A DNA stretch of 64,000 nucleotides from positions 107,260,001 through 107,324,000 of the forward strand of contig NC_135806.1 in the NCBI RefSeq assembly GCF_964213995.1, in the 5' to 3' direction. The translations under genes were made by a program, and so were the position numbers. The notes beneath the pieces are model-generated. The model had not been told where the DNA came from and did not search any database. It saw only the letters and a list, made by a program, of their open reading frames with translations. The stretch is from Mustelus asterias (lineage: Eukaryota). How positions within the stretch are numbered: position 1 is the stretch's first letter; the number at the start of each line of letters is the position of its first letter. Shown here piece by piece: positions 25,431-50,400 of the stretch.

Positions 25431-25587
25431 CACGATCATATTCATTCAGCCAATGCAAGGCAATTCAAAATCACATGCAACCCTTGGCCTACAATGTAGT
25501 TAGGACTCAATTACCCATTTTAAATCATTCTTTCAAATAACTTTATTTACAACAGCCAACTGGGAGTATAGAACTTGAATATTGCCA

Positions 25588-25783
25588 AAGAGAGAAATGT
25601 AACCGAAGCTTTCAGTCTTGCACTCATCAGGACAAATGTAAGATTACCAGTTGCCATGGAGAAAACAACAGAAAGCTGTAGACCCCCCCATATGATATAA
25701 ATTGTTGTAATAGTTTGAAGTTTGGCATTCTTGCCTTTGTGTTGATGATTGCAAGACAAAAAGGTTCAGCAACACATCTCGCT
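25588..25783. mobile_element. Penelope-like mini-element with inverted hammerhead-bearing ends
   Basis: Minus strand GTC-CTGATGA-GTGCAAGACT-GAAA-GCTTCGG at ~25603-25633. Decayed inverted copy gttgatgattgcaagacaaaaaggttc at ~25741-25767. Related fragment gcactcatcaggaca at 28071-28085. Confidence 0.65.
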
Positions 25784-25793
25784 TTGCAGCAAT

Positions 25794-25799
25794 TTTATT
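25794..25799 (-). terminator. Candidate AK6 polyadenylation signal AATAAA (alternative at 25542-25547)
   Basis: tttatt on + strand ~355 nt downstream of the AK6 stop codon. Usage cannot be verified from sequence. Confidence 0.45.
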
Positions 25800-26152
25800 T
25801 ACCCAAATTTTTCTCTTTTAAAATAAAATCTAATTCATTCGAGCTATGTATTTTTTTTTAGACACTATTATTCAATTTATAAATTAATACTTTCACATCC
25901 TTCAGCATATTCATACATTTAATGCAAGGGAAAATATTTACAATGAACATCACTGAATTTTGTTTGTAAATATTTGGCAAATCTTTAAACAGCCTGAAAG
26001 TTGTGTGTGTTATTTACTGATTAAAATGCCAACAATATTTCACAAATATTACCAAGTAAAGTCAGCTGAATGAAAATCAGCCAGCTCCTTAGATTACAGT
26101 TGGCATTTGTACACAAGTCTGTTTTCTTGGCACAAGTCCATCCATCATACAT

Positions 26153-39103
<12,951 letters not shown>

Positions 39104-40691
39104 CTCCCCGCGTGCCCAGGGACCCGGGTCCTTCCTAAAGCCGCGGCCCTCTCCAATCGCGTCACGGCTCGTCCTTTCCGCACCACCCTCCGAAAACGAT
39201 TAAACGAAATTAAATGCCGACGGATTGGACCCCCGTCCGTCCGATTTGTGATCGATCGGGACGGGAAACGGCGACTCGTTAGCCCGCCGCTCCAACACAG
39301 AGCCACCGCAGGCCATTCTGAGAGACAGCTAAGTTGAGTCTGTGAGTGAGGGAGGCCCCCCCCCGAGCTGTCGGTGTTTTGAAGTCGGCCGCAGGCGGAG
39401 GGGGAGCCCGCTGGCGGTGAGAAGGTTCAGGGAGGCACCGGAGACTCCAGCTTTAGAAATACACCCGCTTGCTCCTCGGTCATCGTCCGTCCCCCCGGGA
39501 GATAGCCGGGGCTCCTGCCGCATGTCTGAGGATAACATCCAGCTGCCTCCCCGCCCACTGCCTGGGATTGTGAATGTGAGCAGACATTCCCCTCACTGTC
39601 AGCTACTGAGAACCATGTCGGTACAAATCCCCCCTCCCATTCTCCACAAGTAGGAGATGGTGATTGTCCTGCACTCTTCTCTTTCTAATTCTGCGTGGCA
39701 TTTCTTTGCATCTTTGAAATGTCCCCCCCCCCCCCCCCCCCATATTCGTACCATTGTTTGAGTTCTTGGGCTATTAAAATCCTGTCTCGGGATTTGACTC
39801 CACGGATGTTCTTTCTGTTCACCTGTTTTCCCCTCCTACCCACCCTACCTTTCGCAAGCTTCTGTTTTATCCTCCAGACTCCTACTGGCTAAATCCTCGC
39901 ATCAAAATTCGCAACTCCCATCCCACGCCCCCTTTTTTTACGGTTTGAAGGCCCTTGAGCTCATTTTCAAAACACTCCAGCTGTCGAACCCAGCCTGCAC
40001 GTCCTGCTCCTCCAAATTGGATTGTTATGCTGCTGAGCTATCTCGAATCAACAATCAAATCCCTTTCTTTTTCAGTTCATATGTGCATGCTGTTGGAGTT
40101 CTGTCTGTTTCTCCCTTCACTTTCTGTCAAGCTTTGCTAAAACTTGCCTCTTTCTTTTTGGTTCTCCATTTTAATTACATTTGAATTCCTGATTGCCGTT
40201 GTCTCAGCCACCCACCACGTGCTGCTATATAGATAAATGTATGTGTGTGTGTGCATGATGTTGTATTGTTATTATTTCTAAAGAGCTAGGAACCAATTGC
40301 TATGTATATATACTTTCGGGTGCCACATTTACTGCTGCACTGCAGTCATGTGCCAAGTAACAATATGTCCATCTGTCAGTTTACCAGCGACACGTAGAGC
40401 AGCAAAAAGAGCAATCTAAGTGTCAGCATTTTGAGTATAAGGTGTATGTGTATATAGTGTGTGTGCATACGGCATGTAAGATCCAGGGATGAAAAAATTA
40501 TCTTTTTGGTGGAATTCTAACTTTCTGATTATGGAATCCTGCCCTTTGAATTTTTTTTCTGAACGCTCCCCTTCCATTGTGTTTTGCTTCTAATGTATGT
40601 AATCAGAACAAATTGGCATTGTCGAGATAAAAGTCTCTGATTTAGGACTTAAACATGCACCATTATCTTGTCTGCCTGGCAAGGTATCCTT

Positions 40692-40992
40692 CTGTACAGC
40701 GCTGTAATGTTCTATGTTCTATCACGAGGGGACATAGCTTTAAATTGAGGGGTGAGAGATATAGGACAGATGTTAGAGGTAGGTTCTTTACTCAGAGAGT
40801 AGTAAGGGCGTGGAATGCCCTGCCTCCAGCAGTGGTGGACTCGTCAACGTTGAGAGCGTTCAAGTGGTTATTGGATAAACATATGGATGATATTGGAACA
40901 GTGTAGATTAGAGGGGCTTTAGATTGGTACCACGGGTCGGCGCAACATCGAGGGCCGAAGAGTCTGTACTGCGCTGTTATGTTCTATGTTCT
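40692..40992 (+). mobile_element. CR1 3' end preceded by a duplicate of its own tail
   Basis: TRGHSFKLRGERYRTDVRGRFFTQRVVRAWNALP; (gttctat)n tail present at both ends. Confidence 0.85.
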
Positions 40993-41139
40993 CAGGGATG
41001 TGGTAACCCACTAATAGACACTAAGCTTGATATGAGCACTTTTAAGGATCCTGTCTTTTGTAATGTTCAAAGTTATAAGGATTCTATTATCTTCGGAGTA
41101 AAAAATATATTCCAAAATAATTTATCTTTTTAACCATGT

Positions 41140-41410
41140 GGAGGTGATAGAGGGGTGGAAATTGGAAGCAAAATTGATAAAAAATTTCTAAGTCCCGATT
41201 GAGAATATGAAGGGGCACCAAACAAAGGTCGATGTGCTGATAAGAGTTGTGAAGGGGGCTGTCCGGGGTTGGGAGACTGAGGGTGGAAGACAGAGAGTCA
41301 TCCAGATTCAAAATGTTAGTTCTGTTCTCACTCCACGGCTGCTGTCCGACCTGCTGAGATTTTCCAGCAGTTTCTGTTTCAGATTCCAGCATCTGCAGTA
41401 ATTTCCTTTT
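41140..41410. mobile_element. Penelope-like remnant, same family as 63759-63987
   Basis: gtcatccagattcaaaatgttag...gacctgctgagatttccagca...ttcagattccagcatctgcagtaattt. Confidence 0.7.
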
Positions 41411-42464
41411 ACCTTATTTGCTTTCTTGAAATTAAATATTTGAAGAATTCAAATCACTAAAAATGGGTAATTTGCAAAATATAAAAATATTGGTTTAAAC
41501 TAATTTCAGTACAGTCCTTTGTATACATACAAATAAAAATTTTAATTATTACCCTCTGCCAAATTGATGGATGAAAGCAAACTTGAGCTTTTTGATCATG
41601 GCTTATGAATTTCATTCCGCATCATCTTTCTTCAATAAGATACGAGTCAAAAATAAATAATTCTGGGTCTCATGGTAATCACTTGCCTTACGGAATATTA
41701 GAAGTTATGTACAATATTGAGCAGAAAATAGTTTTATTTCAGGTAGTTATTAATTTAAAGACAGATAATATGGAGGAATGATCTGCAATAATATGCTTTC
41801 TCCTGCTCTGTCATTCTTTTAATCCCTCAATCATTCTTTTAATCCCTTTAATCATTCAGTTACTACATATGGTTGGATCTAAAGTTTTTGTGGAGGTAGA
41901 TAGAACTACATTTGGTATTTTTTTTCTCCAAATAAATTTTGAAAGGAATAAAATTGAGGTGTTAGTCCAGCCTTGATCTATGTAAAATGTATTGCCTTCT
42001 AACTAATCTTCTGTCTAGTTATTAAGTGGCAATCTCTTTGTTTCTCCTTTCTGAAACTTAAGAAATTCTATAATATCATTTCATTGGCAACAACCATCCT
42101 GTTCTAAATAATCTATGCCAAATTATCTAATCTTGATAAGGGAACATACAGTTATTGACTGCCATGTCTTGAATTAGAAAGGCATTGGGAGAATGAACTT
42201 TCTGTTTGCATACTTTTTTGTTGATTCAAGGGACATGGGCTTCTCTGACTAGGCCTGCATTCATTGCCCATCCCTAATTGCATGTGTCGTCATGTCGAAA
42301 TCAATGTTCTTCATATGTAATCATGTCGAGTGGTTATCTATTTGTAGGAACGTTAATATGTTATCACATTCACTTTTTTAATAAGTATCAATGCATAGTG
42401 ATCAAGATCAGAAAATATGGCTTAATTTGCAGTCCTCCTTCCCTTCCCCAGGTTAAGGATACTG

Positions 42465-43390
42465 AGGTCCTCAAGGGAGTGTCCTTGGCCCAAACATTTT
42501 CAGCTGTTTCGTCAATGACCTTCATCCCATCATAATGTCAGGAGTGGGGATGTTTGCTGATGATTGCTCAGTATTCAGTAACATTCATGACTTCTTAAAT
42601 ACTCAAGCAGTCTATGATCAAATGCAGCAAGACCTGGGCAATATCCAGGCTTGGGCTGATGAGTGGCAAGTAACATTTGACTGTCTTCAACAAGAGAGAA
42701 TCTAGCCACCTCCCCATGACATTCGAGACATTACCATTGCTGAATCCCCCACCATCAGCATCCTGGAGGTTACCATTGACCATAAACTCAATTGGACTAG
42801 CCATTTAAATACTGTGGCTACCAGAACAGGTCAGGTGCTCGGAATCCCATGGCAAGTAACTCACCACCTGACTTTCCAAAGCCTGTCCATAATCTACAAG
42901 GCACAAGTCAGGAGTGTGATGGAATATTCTTGCCTGGATCAGTGCAGCTCCAACAGCACTTGAGAAGCTTGACACCATCCAGGACAAAGCAGTCTGCTTG
43001 ATTGACACCCCATCCACAAAAGTACACTCCCTGCACCACTGACACAGTAGCGGTATTGTGTACCATCTACAAGATGCACTGCAAGAACTGACCAAGGCTC
43101 CTTGGACAGCACCTTCCAAACTCACTACCATCTAGAAGGATGGGAGCACCACCACCTGGAAGTTCCCCTCCAAGTCACTCGCCATCCTGACTTGGACATA
43201 TATCACCGTTCCTTCACTGTTATTCGGTCAAAATCCTAGAATTTCCTCCCTAACAGCACTGCGGGTATACCCACACCACATGGATTGCAGCGGTTCCAGA
43301 AAGTTGCTCACCAGCATCTTCTCAAGGGCAATTAGGGGTGGGCAACAAATGCTGGTCTAGCAAGTGATGCCCACATCCTGTAAATTAATT
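42465..43390 (+). mobile_element. Non-LTR LINE 3' fragment, same family as 12000-13755
   Basis: QGSVLGPNIFSCFVNDL...MFADDC-like frame and identical 3' tail. Confidence 0.85.
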
Positions 43391-44361
43391 TTTTAAAATA
43401 GTCAATTCCCCTAATTGGGATAAAATCGCTGGCCATACATCAGCAATTGAACTGGAGTTCTTGGTAGCCCACACTACACAATGGAGTAGTGTTTCAAATG
43501 TGTGCGGTCTGTGATTATTGAACAAATTATGCCCAAAAGTATACCCATTCTGAAGTTTGTTTTTTCTAGAGTTTCTGCAATAGTTCATTTGCATTTTACC
43601 AAATACAAAGTTTGCCATCGACTATTTCTTTAAAAAGAATTAAATCCTCTTACATTTGAGTGATAGTACAATTTTATTTATACAATGAAAAGGGATTTAA
43701 TCAAATGAAATAAGCATTTGAAATCTCGTTACTTATCCACCACCTTTGAATAACGTGACTTTAAATGACTGAAAATGGCTTATTAAAAAGTATACAGAAC
43801 TATTATACTTTCTAACTATTGGTTAGATTCGGGCACACTAGTAGTCAGTTCCTCAGTAAATTTGAAAATGAAACTTTCCAAATGTGCCTATTTGTGTCCT
43901 TGCGTCCAAAAGATCCAATTTAATGTTTGGAGCTGCTTCAAGCCTGCAAGGGAGTGAAATTTGAGGAAACTTCCATAGTGATAAATTCACAGAGGAAGAC
44001 ACTTTTATTGCCGGGGCCTGCTTTCAGTACCAGTTTCTTAAAACTGATGCAAAAGATCACAAACTTGAGTCATGCCCAAATTCCATAATCCTTTGTCCCA
44101 TTTATGCCAATTATTGAGAGGAAAAAACACAATCAAACAGAAACTGTAGGCCCATGAGTTCACCCATTGAGTTTTAGTGATGACTGAGCAAAATATAGAC
44201 TTGACACGGTGTCAATTTACATTTTCTGTTAATACAAAGTACTTGGTAATTACTGAGTTTAAACTTGATATTTTCTTTCTTTCCTAAAGCTGAACTTGTG
44301 AGGAGTGACTTTATTGTTGAAGGTGCAGAACGTAGACCGCTTATGACTATCAGCAAAGTTG

Positions 44362-44406
44362 ATGATGTCAAAATCTTCTCTCGGCAGAAAGGTTGTTTCT
44401 GCTAAG
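44362..44406 (+). CDS. RAD17: RAD17 first coding exon (exon 44290..44406, ATG at 44362 or 44365)
   Basis: (M)MSKSSLGRKVVSAK|gtaa, compare human MSKTFLRPKVSSTK. Pyrimidine-rich acceptor ends at 44289. Confidence 0.85.
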
Positions 44407-47400
44407 GTAAATGTATTTTACATTCAATATTTTGGAATTATAGATTTTTTGCATTGTTGCAGTACCTGGGTTGAGAACACAGGCTGTTTCCTTGAGTACA
44501 TTTTCTGTGGTCATGCAACTTGTTTTTTAAAATCGAGAAGTCCAAGCTGCAGTTATAGTTAATTATGTCACTTTCACAGGGGCTACTTTTGTTTTTGATG
44601 CTCAGAACACTACATGTGACTGTTCAAGACATTCATTTATCTAACTGGCTACCATATGTAGTGGTTGGGGCTAGAGGTATTGATGGATTTATGGGGAAGC
44701 TAAGCAAATACATGAAAGAGTTCTGATAGAGTTAGATGGAATAAGGTGGGAGGAGGCTTGTATATAGCATTAACATCAGCACAGTTAGGTTGAATAGACT
44801 TTCTGTATTGTAAATTTTACTTAACTTTGATTAGGTCAGTAGGTAAATGTAGCATTTCATGCTAAGATTTAGAGAAGATGGATCACTATTCTGAGTTATT
44901 CTTCGCTGAGCCATCTGACAGTGCCTTAATATCTGAGTTAAAGAGGAGGCGTGGAAATTAGCCATTCTGTTTCTAATGCTGTCCAGTGACCTCTGCTGCA
45001 AAACTGGATTACCCCAGTGACATCAGTCAAATCAAAAATTAACTTAACAGAAGTGCTCCCTTCTGAAAGAGGCATAAACAAAGGAACCATTCAATTAAAT
45101 CACAAAACTGTGGTCACGGTCAATAACACATGCCAGCCCCAGTGCCTGTGACTCGCAAAAAAGTCCTTAATGGTACTGCTGGACACCACCTACTCCTTCT
45201 CTAGGGACACCAGGATGCAAATATTGTCATGGAAGAGAGGCAGATACCCCAAGCAAAAACCCCCATGGCTTGGTCTCTGCAGGAATTGTTGATATGATGT
45301 CGAGAATTGTTGATAACCAGGCCCAGGAGCAGACCAGCTAAACAGTTTCGCTACTTGCCTGGCATCCTCCAAAAGTGACAGAAGACTGGACTGGAGCCAG
45401 AAACGGAGATGCCCTTCAAATTATGGAACACAGGCTCTGACTAGACTTGCAAATGAGGAATTTCAATTGTGGGAGAGATACCAAAGGCACCGAACCATTC
45501 CAGAACACCCTTTAAAAAAATATTAGTAGCAGAAGAATTGGAGAGGGAGAGAAAAAAAAGTTACTGGTCACTGTTGTAATGTTTTTAAACATTGGACTGT
45601 ATATTGTGAAATTCATGATTTGGGTTGGAATCTCTAATTTTAAAAGAATGACAATTTAATATTGTTCATGTTGAAATTTCTGTGATTTAATGTTGATAAA
45701 TTTTCATCATAACTATTTAGTAAGCAATGCTATTGTAGATTAGGGTTGTGCTGTTTAACACCATTACCATCCATAATTTGTGTTCTTGGTTCAGACTAAG
45801 ATGGTTTATTTTTCTGCACCTGGCCTTTCTGAAATAGAATAAACCTGGCATTTCCGTAACACTAATTTAAGAGATTTTAAACAAGTTGTGAAACTACAAA
45901 CATGATTACATACATGTTGATGCTGCCTTTCTTTGTGTAGTATTTATAGTTGCATTATTAGAAGTCGAGTAAAAATAAGCATTCCAGCTCATAAGTATCC
46001 TGCAATTTGAAATTTTAAGACCATGGTTACTCTATTTCATCATAAGTGAGAAGATTTACTTTTGAAACCAACTTGTATTAATGATTACATCATAGGATAA
46101 AAATTAAATGATGCAAACTCAACATAATTTTCAGTAACGAGCTTGCTTTTGAATACGTAAAAATTCCTCAAGATCTCTGTATTACAAAGGCAATAAAGGT
46201 AAGTGACATTCGCCAGAACTCTACCACCTTGTCCGCCACAGGATCAGAGCAGGCGAGGGTCCGACAACAGAATTCTCCATTGATCTCGGGCGGGAATTTC
46301 CGGTCTCACCCAAGCAAGGCCGTAAAATTCCGCCCATTGTTTCCCACTTCTTGGCCATATCTCAGTCAACATTTCATACAAGCCAGATTATCTGGTCATT
46401 ACATTACTGCTTGTGGGAATTTGATCTGTGCAAATTGTCTGCCACACTTTGTGTTACACACTTCAACAGTACTTCATTGGTTGTAAAGCGCTTTGGGATG
46501 TCCTGAGGTCATGAAATGCATTACAGTATATAAATGAGTCTTTTCCAAAATTGTTATTTTAGGTGACAAACTGGGTGAATCCGTCTTTTGATGGTCTCAG
46601 CAATTCTACCTTCCAATTGACTTCAGACAGAAAACCATCTAGCAATTCGGGGTCAAGTAGTGGAGTTCAGAAAATTCTTTGGACAGAAAGAGACAAAACA
46701 TTGCAGTCCTCCATCTTAAACAGCACAAAGAACCGAAAAAGAACAAAAGTATCTGATGTGGAGCAGATTTTTGATCGCTACAGACAAAACTCGGCTTCAA
46801 ATCCCAATGAACCCTGGGTGGATGAATATAGACCTCAGACACAGGTATGTATGGGATATATAAGAAACTCCGCAATCTGTTCCCTTGAAGTTCCAATATG
46901 TAGATTTTGAAAACCGTTTCCTCTGCTTTCTCTGAATTGTTGTTTTTTCTGCTACAATGTAATAATGGTTTAGGACTGCAGTCTTTTTTCACATCTGATT
47001 AAAATGGAGTTACAACTTTCAGCTCTGTTTTAGATATTCTTTTGGACAAATGGCACCAGTCTATGTAGTAACATGAGACCCACTTGTTATATGAATTAGA
47101 TAATGTGATTTGCACACATGCCCTCCTCACACTTGTCAAACTTTATTTAACAATATTTCTGTGAAGCACATTGGTTTATTTTACTATGTTAGAGGTGCTA
47201 TATAAATTAAAATGATTGATACCTATGTGTGATGGATTCACACTTTAATTGAACAAGGCCAGATAAAAATAATTAAACTGATTTATTTTACAGTTAGCAA
47301 GTACAAGTTAATAGTTTTAGCAAGCTTCGTTTTAATACGACAGAACTATAGTCCTTGTAAATTGGAAAAATATGACGCTTGTTTATTGGCAAACATTTTT

Positions 47401-50400
47401 AAGAAAAGCATTCCTGTTTCTTTTCTTGGCCTAAGCTGGCTTTCTTCTTTTAGGAGATTAGCCCCTTTCTGTGTTAATTGGCAGTCTTGTGGGAGCTGAC
47501 ATTGCTAGCAGAGCTGCCAATTAAACTGGTTGACCCTTTCCTCTGGTGATAGTTTGGCCAGACTTATGTCTTAAATGCGATAACAAATTCCCTGTTTTCT
47601 AAAAACGTTGCGTAACCAGCTTAGTGGCTGCCTGTTACCTTGAGTGAGCCTTTGTTCGAGCACATGTTTGTGATTTAACTTCAAAATAAAATACCACTTC
47701 AGTGTAAATCCCATTAGAATCTTTTCTGTAGAAAAATGGTATAAAAGTCCCATGTAAATTATTCTTTTCAAACTAGGTATAAATTACTCTCTTCCATATT
47801 AACCCCCAGTCTTATCAACCATATAGTTCCTGCTGGCAAATGATTTATTCTTGGAACCTTCAGTTCTTCTCACCAGTCAATGACTGGTGAACTATGTAAG
47901 GCAGCCTGACAATTTTGAGCTGCAAGACTTGAGGGAGCGAGAGACTGAAATTAAAGGGGTGTCTATTCACTCAAGAAACTTGAGATTAAAGACGATTGTA
48001 ATTTTTTTGCTGATTTGTAAATGGGCTAATAATGCCTCCTTTTTTGTAAAAAGTTAGAATCAAGCTACTATTCATATTGCCTTCCTTGATCTGTGTTAAT
48101 TTTAAATACAAAACGTGAGTCTAAGTTTCAGAAGCATGCACCTGGAAGTTAGGAATATAAAAATAGCAAGCATCAGGCAAGATTAGAACAAATTTATTTT
48201 CCCTACAGAGTCAAAGATACACAGAATAGGCTTCCAAATCAAGCTATACTTTGTAACTCTCCCCGAGTTGGAGTTGAACAGGCATCGGAATGTGGTGACT
48301 AGGGGATTTTCACTGTAACTTCATTGCAGTGTTCATGTAAACCTATTTGTGACACTAATAAGTAAACTTAACCCTGGATATTCAGTTTTAAAATTTTGAG
48401 GAGGGCAGAGGAATGACACTAGCTGCATTGTTCATTTAGAAACCAACAGAGGCACAACAGGCCAAATGGCCTTCTCTTGTGCTGTAACAATTTCATAATT
48501 CTGTGATTACAAGCTAACTTACGAAATGTCTTTGAGTGGCCTAATGCATAATTATTTGTAATTTGTATTCCTGAAGCTGCAGGTCCATTTTTGAATATAT
48601 TTCAATACACTGCTATGATGATATTTCTCTTAATGGTGCTGTTTTCTGTTCTCTCCTGTTTCAGAGTGAACTTGCAGTTCACAAGAAGAAAATTGAAGAG
48701 GTTGAGAATTGGCTAAAAGCCCATACAACAGAGACACATCTCCAGGTGAGTCAATACACTTGTTTTGTTTTAATTGTCATGATTTTCAATGTTTTTTTAA
48801 AAAATTCATCCCTGGAGTATAGTCAAAATATGAATATTGTTGTGATAGACTTCCACAAATTAAACATTGGAGACTCAGGTACAGATTTCAATCGATTTAT
48901 TTTTCCAGCTAGCGGCCTCTGAAATAGCACTCTGCCAGATTCTGACTATATTTATAGTTTAAGTCACGCACACTGCACTTGAATTCCAAACATCTTCACA
49001 TGTCGGCTTACATTGAGATGTCTTTGTCCCTAATATGGGTGGGATCCTCCAGCTAGCACCATCTGTTTTTCTTTTATTTCCTGGAGGACAATTTCCTAAT
49101 CTCTCTGACTCCATATTTGTCCTTTTAATGTCCTAATCTGTTCTGACTCAGTGCTATCTTTACACTGGCGAAGGCTCTACAGGAGCACAAGGTTTGTTTA
49201 GGCAACTCATCCTGTTGATATGGGTTTTGGAGGCACACATAGTTCAGTTGATATGTAGTTTACTCTCCACGTGAGCATTTTAGTTTTCTGGGAATGTTGG
49301 CTATAACCCTTTCTGAGGCATACGTTAGCTATACTTCCTTGAATACATTTATTTTATTTATAATCACCCAGCAATATAATTTCTCCAGAGAGCAAAGGAG
49401 TCAACTGAGGCTGGTGATGAGAACCGGTGGACATTTATGGGGTTAAATTGTGCTCCCAGAAAGCCAGATCAGAATATAACCAAATGGCCCCCTCCTCTAG
49501 CTCCATCTTCAAGTGTCAGCTTGGCTCAGTGGTAGCACAGGACATTGTGTCGCTCGGAAGTTAGAATTTAAGAACATGGTATTGCTTAAAACACCAGTCC
49601 AGTGCTGATGGAGTGCTGCTGACATTATTTGAAGACTAGAGGAGTTCTCCTGGTGTATTAGCCAGTATTTATCTTTCAATTAAAATTACCAAAATATTTT
49701 AACTAGTTGGTTATCTGATTGCTGTGTATAGAAGCTTGCATTGTCCAAATTGGCTGCTATGCCTGTTTACAAGACACTTCAAAAATAGCTAATACGATAT
49801 GAAATACTGTATATTGATCTCACCAACGCTTTCAACCATATGAGTGGAGGCAGTCCTTCTCCAGCAGCTGCTGGAGAAAATAGATGTCCCAGAGGAACTG
49901 CTCATTGTGACCTTTTTCCATGACAACATGCTGGGAAAAGTCAGCTATGATGGGGCAACATCTAGGATCCCTTTGAGATATGCAATGGGATCAAGCTGGT
50001 CAGGTGGGCAGCAAACTGGCAAATGGAATTCAACCCGAGGAAGTGTGAGGTGTTGCATTTGAGGAGGTCAAACAAAGCAAAGGTTTGAACAATAAATAGT
50101 AGGATGCTGATCCATGTCAAAGAAGTGAATGTTCACACGTCCCTGAAGGTAACAGGATAGGTTGATGAGATGGTTAAGGAAGCATGTGGAATCCTTTCAT
50201 TTATTCGCTGAAGCATAGAATATAAGAGCAGTGAGATTATGCTATAACTAGATAAAACGTTTAGTCAGCTCGCAACTTGAGTATTGTGCAGTTTTGCACC
50301 TCGTTACAGAGAGGATGCAATTGCATTAGAGGGGGTGCAGAGGCGATTTACGAGGATAGTGTCGGCTGAAAAATTGCAGCTATAAAGAATGATTGGATAG

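Noticed and set aside
41810-41857. Short tcattcttttaatccc tandem repeat
   Set aside because: Ordinary slippage duplication with no sign of function.
48841-49000. TGTGA...TCACA 160-bp possible solo LTR
   Set aside because: No convincing TSD and no second copy in the window, so it cannot be supported.
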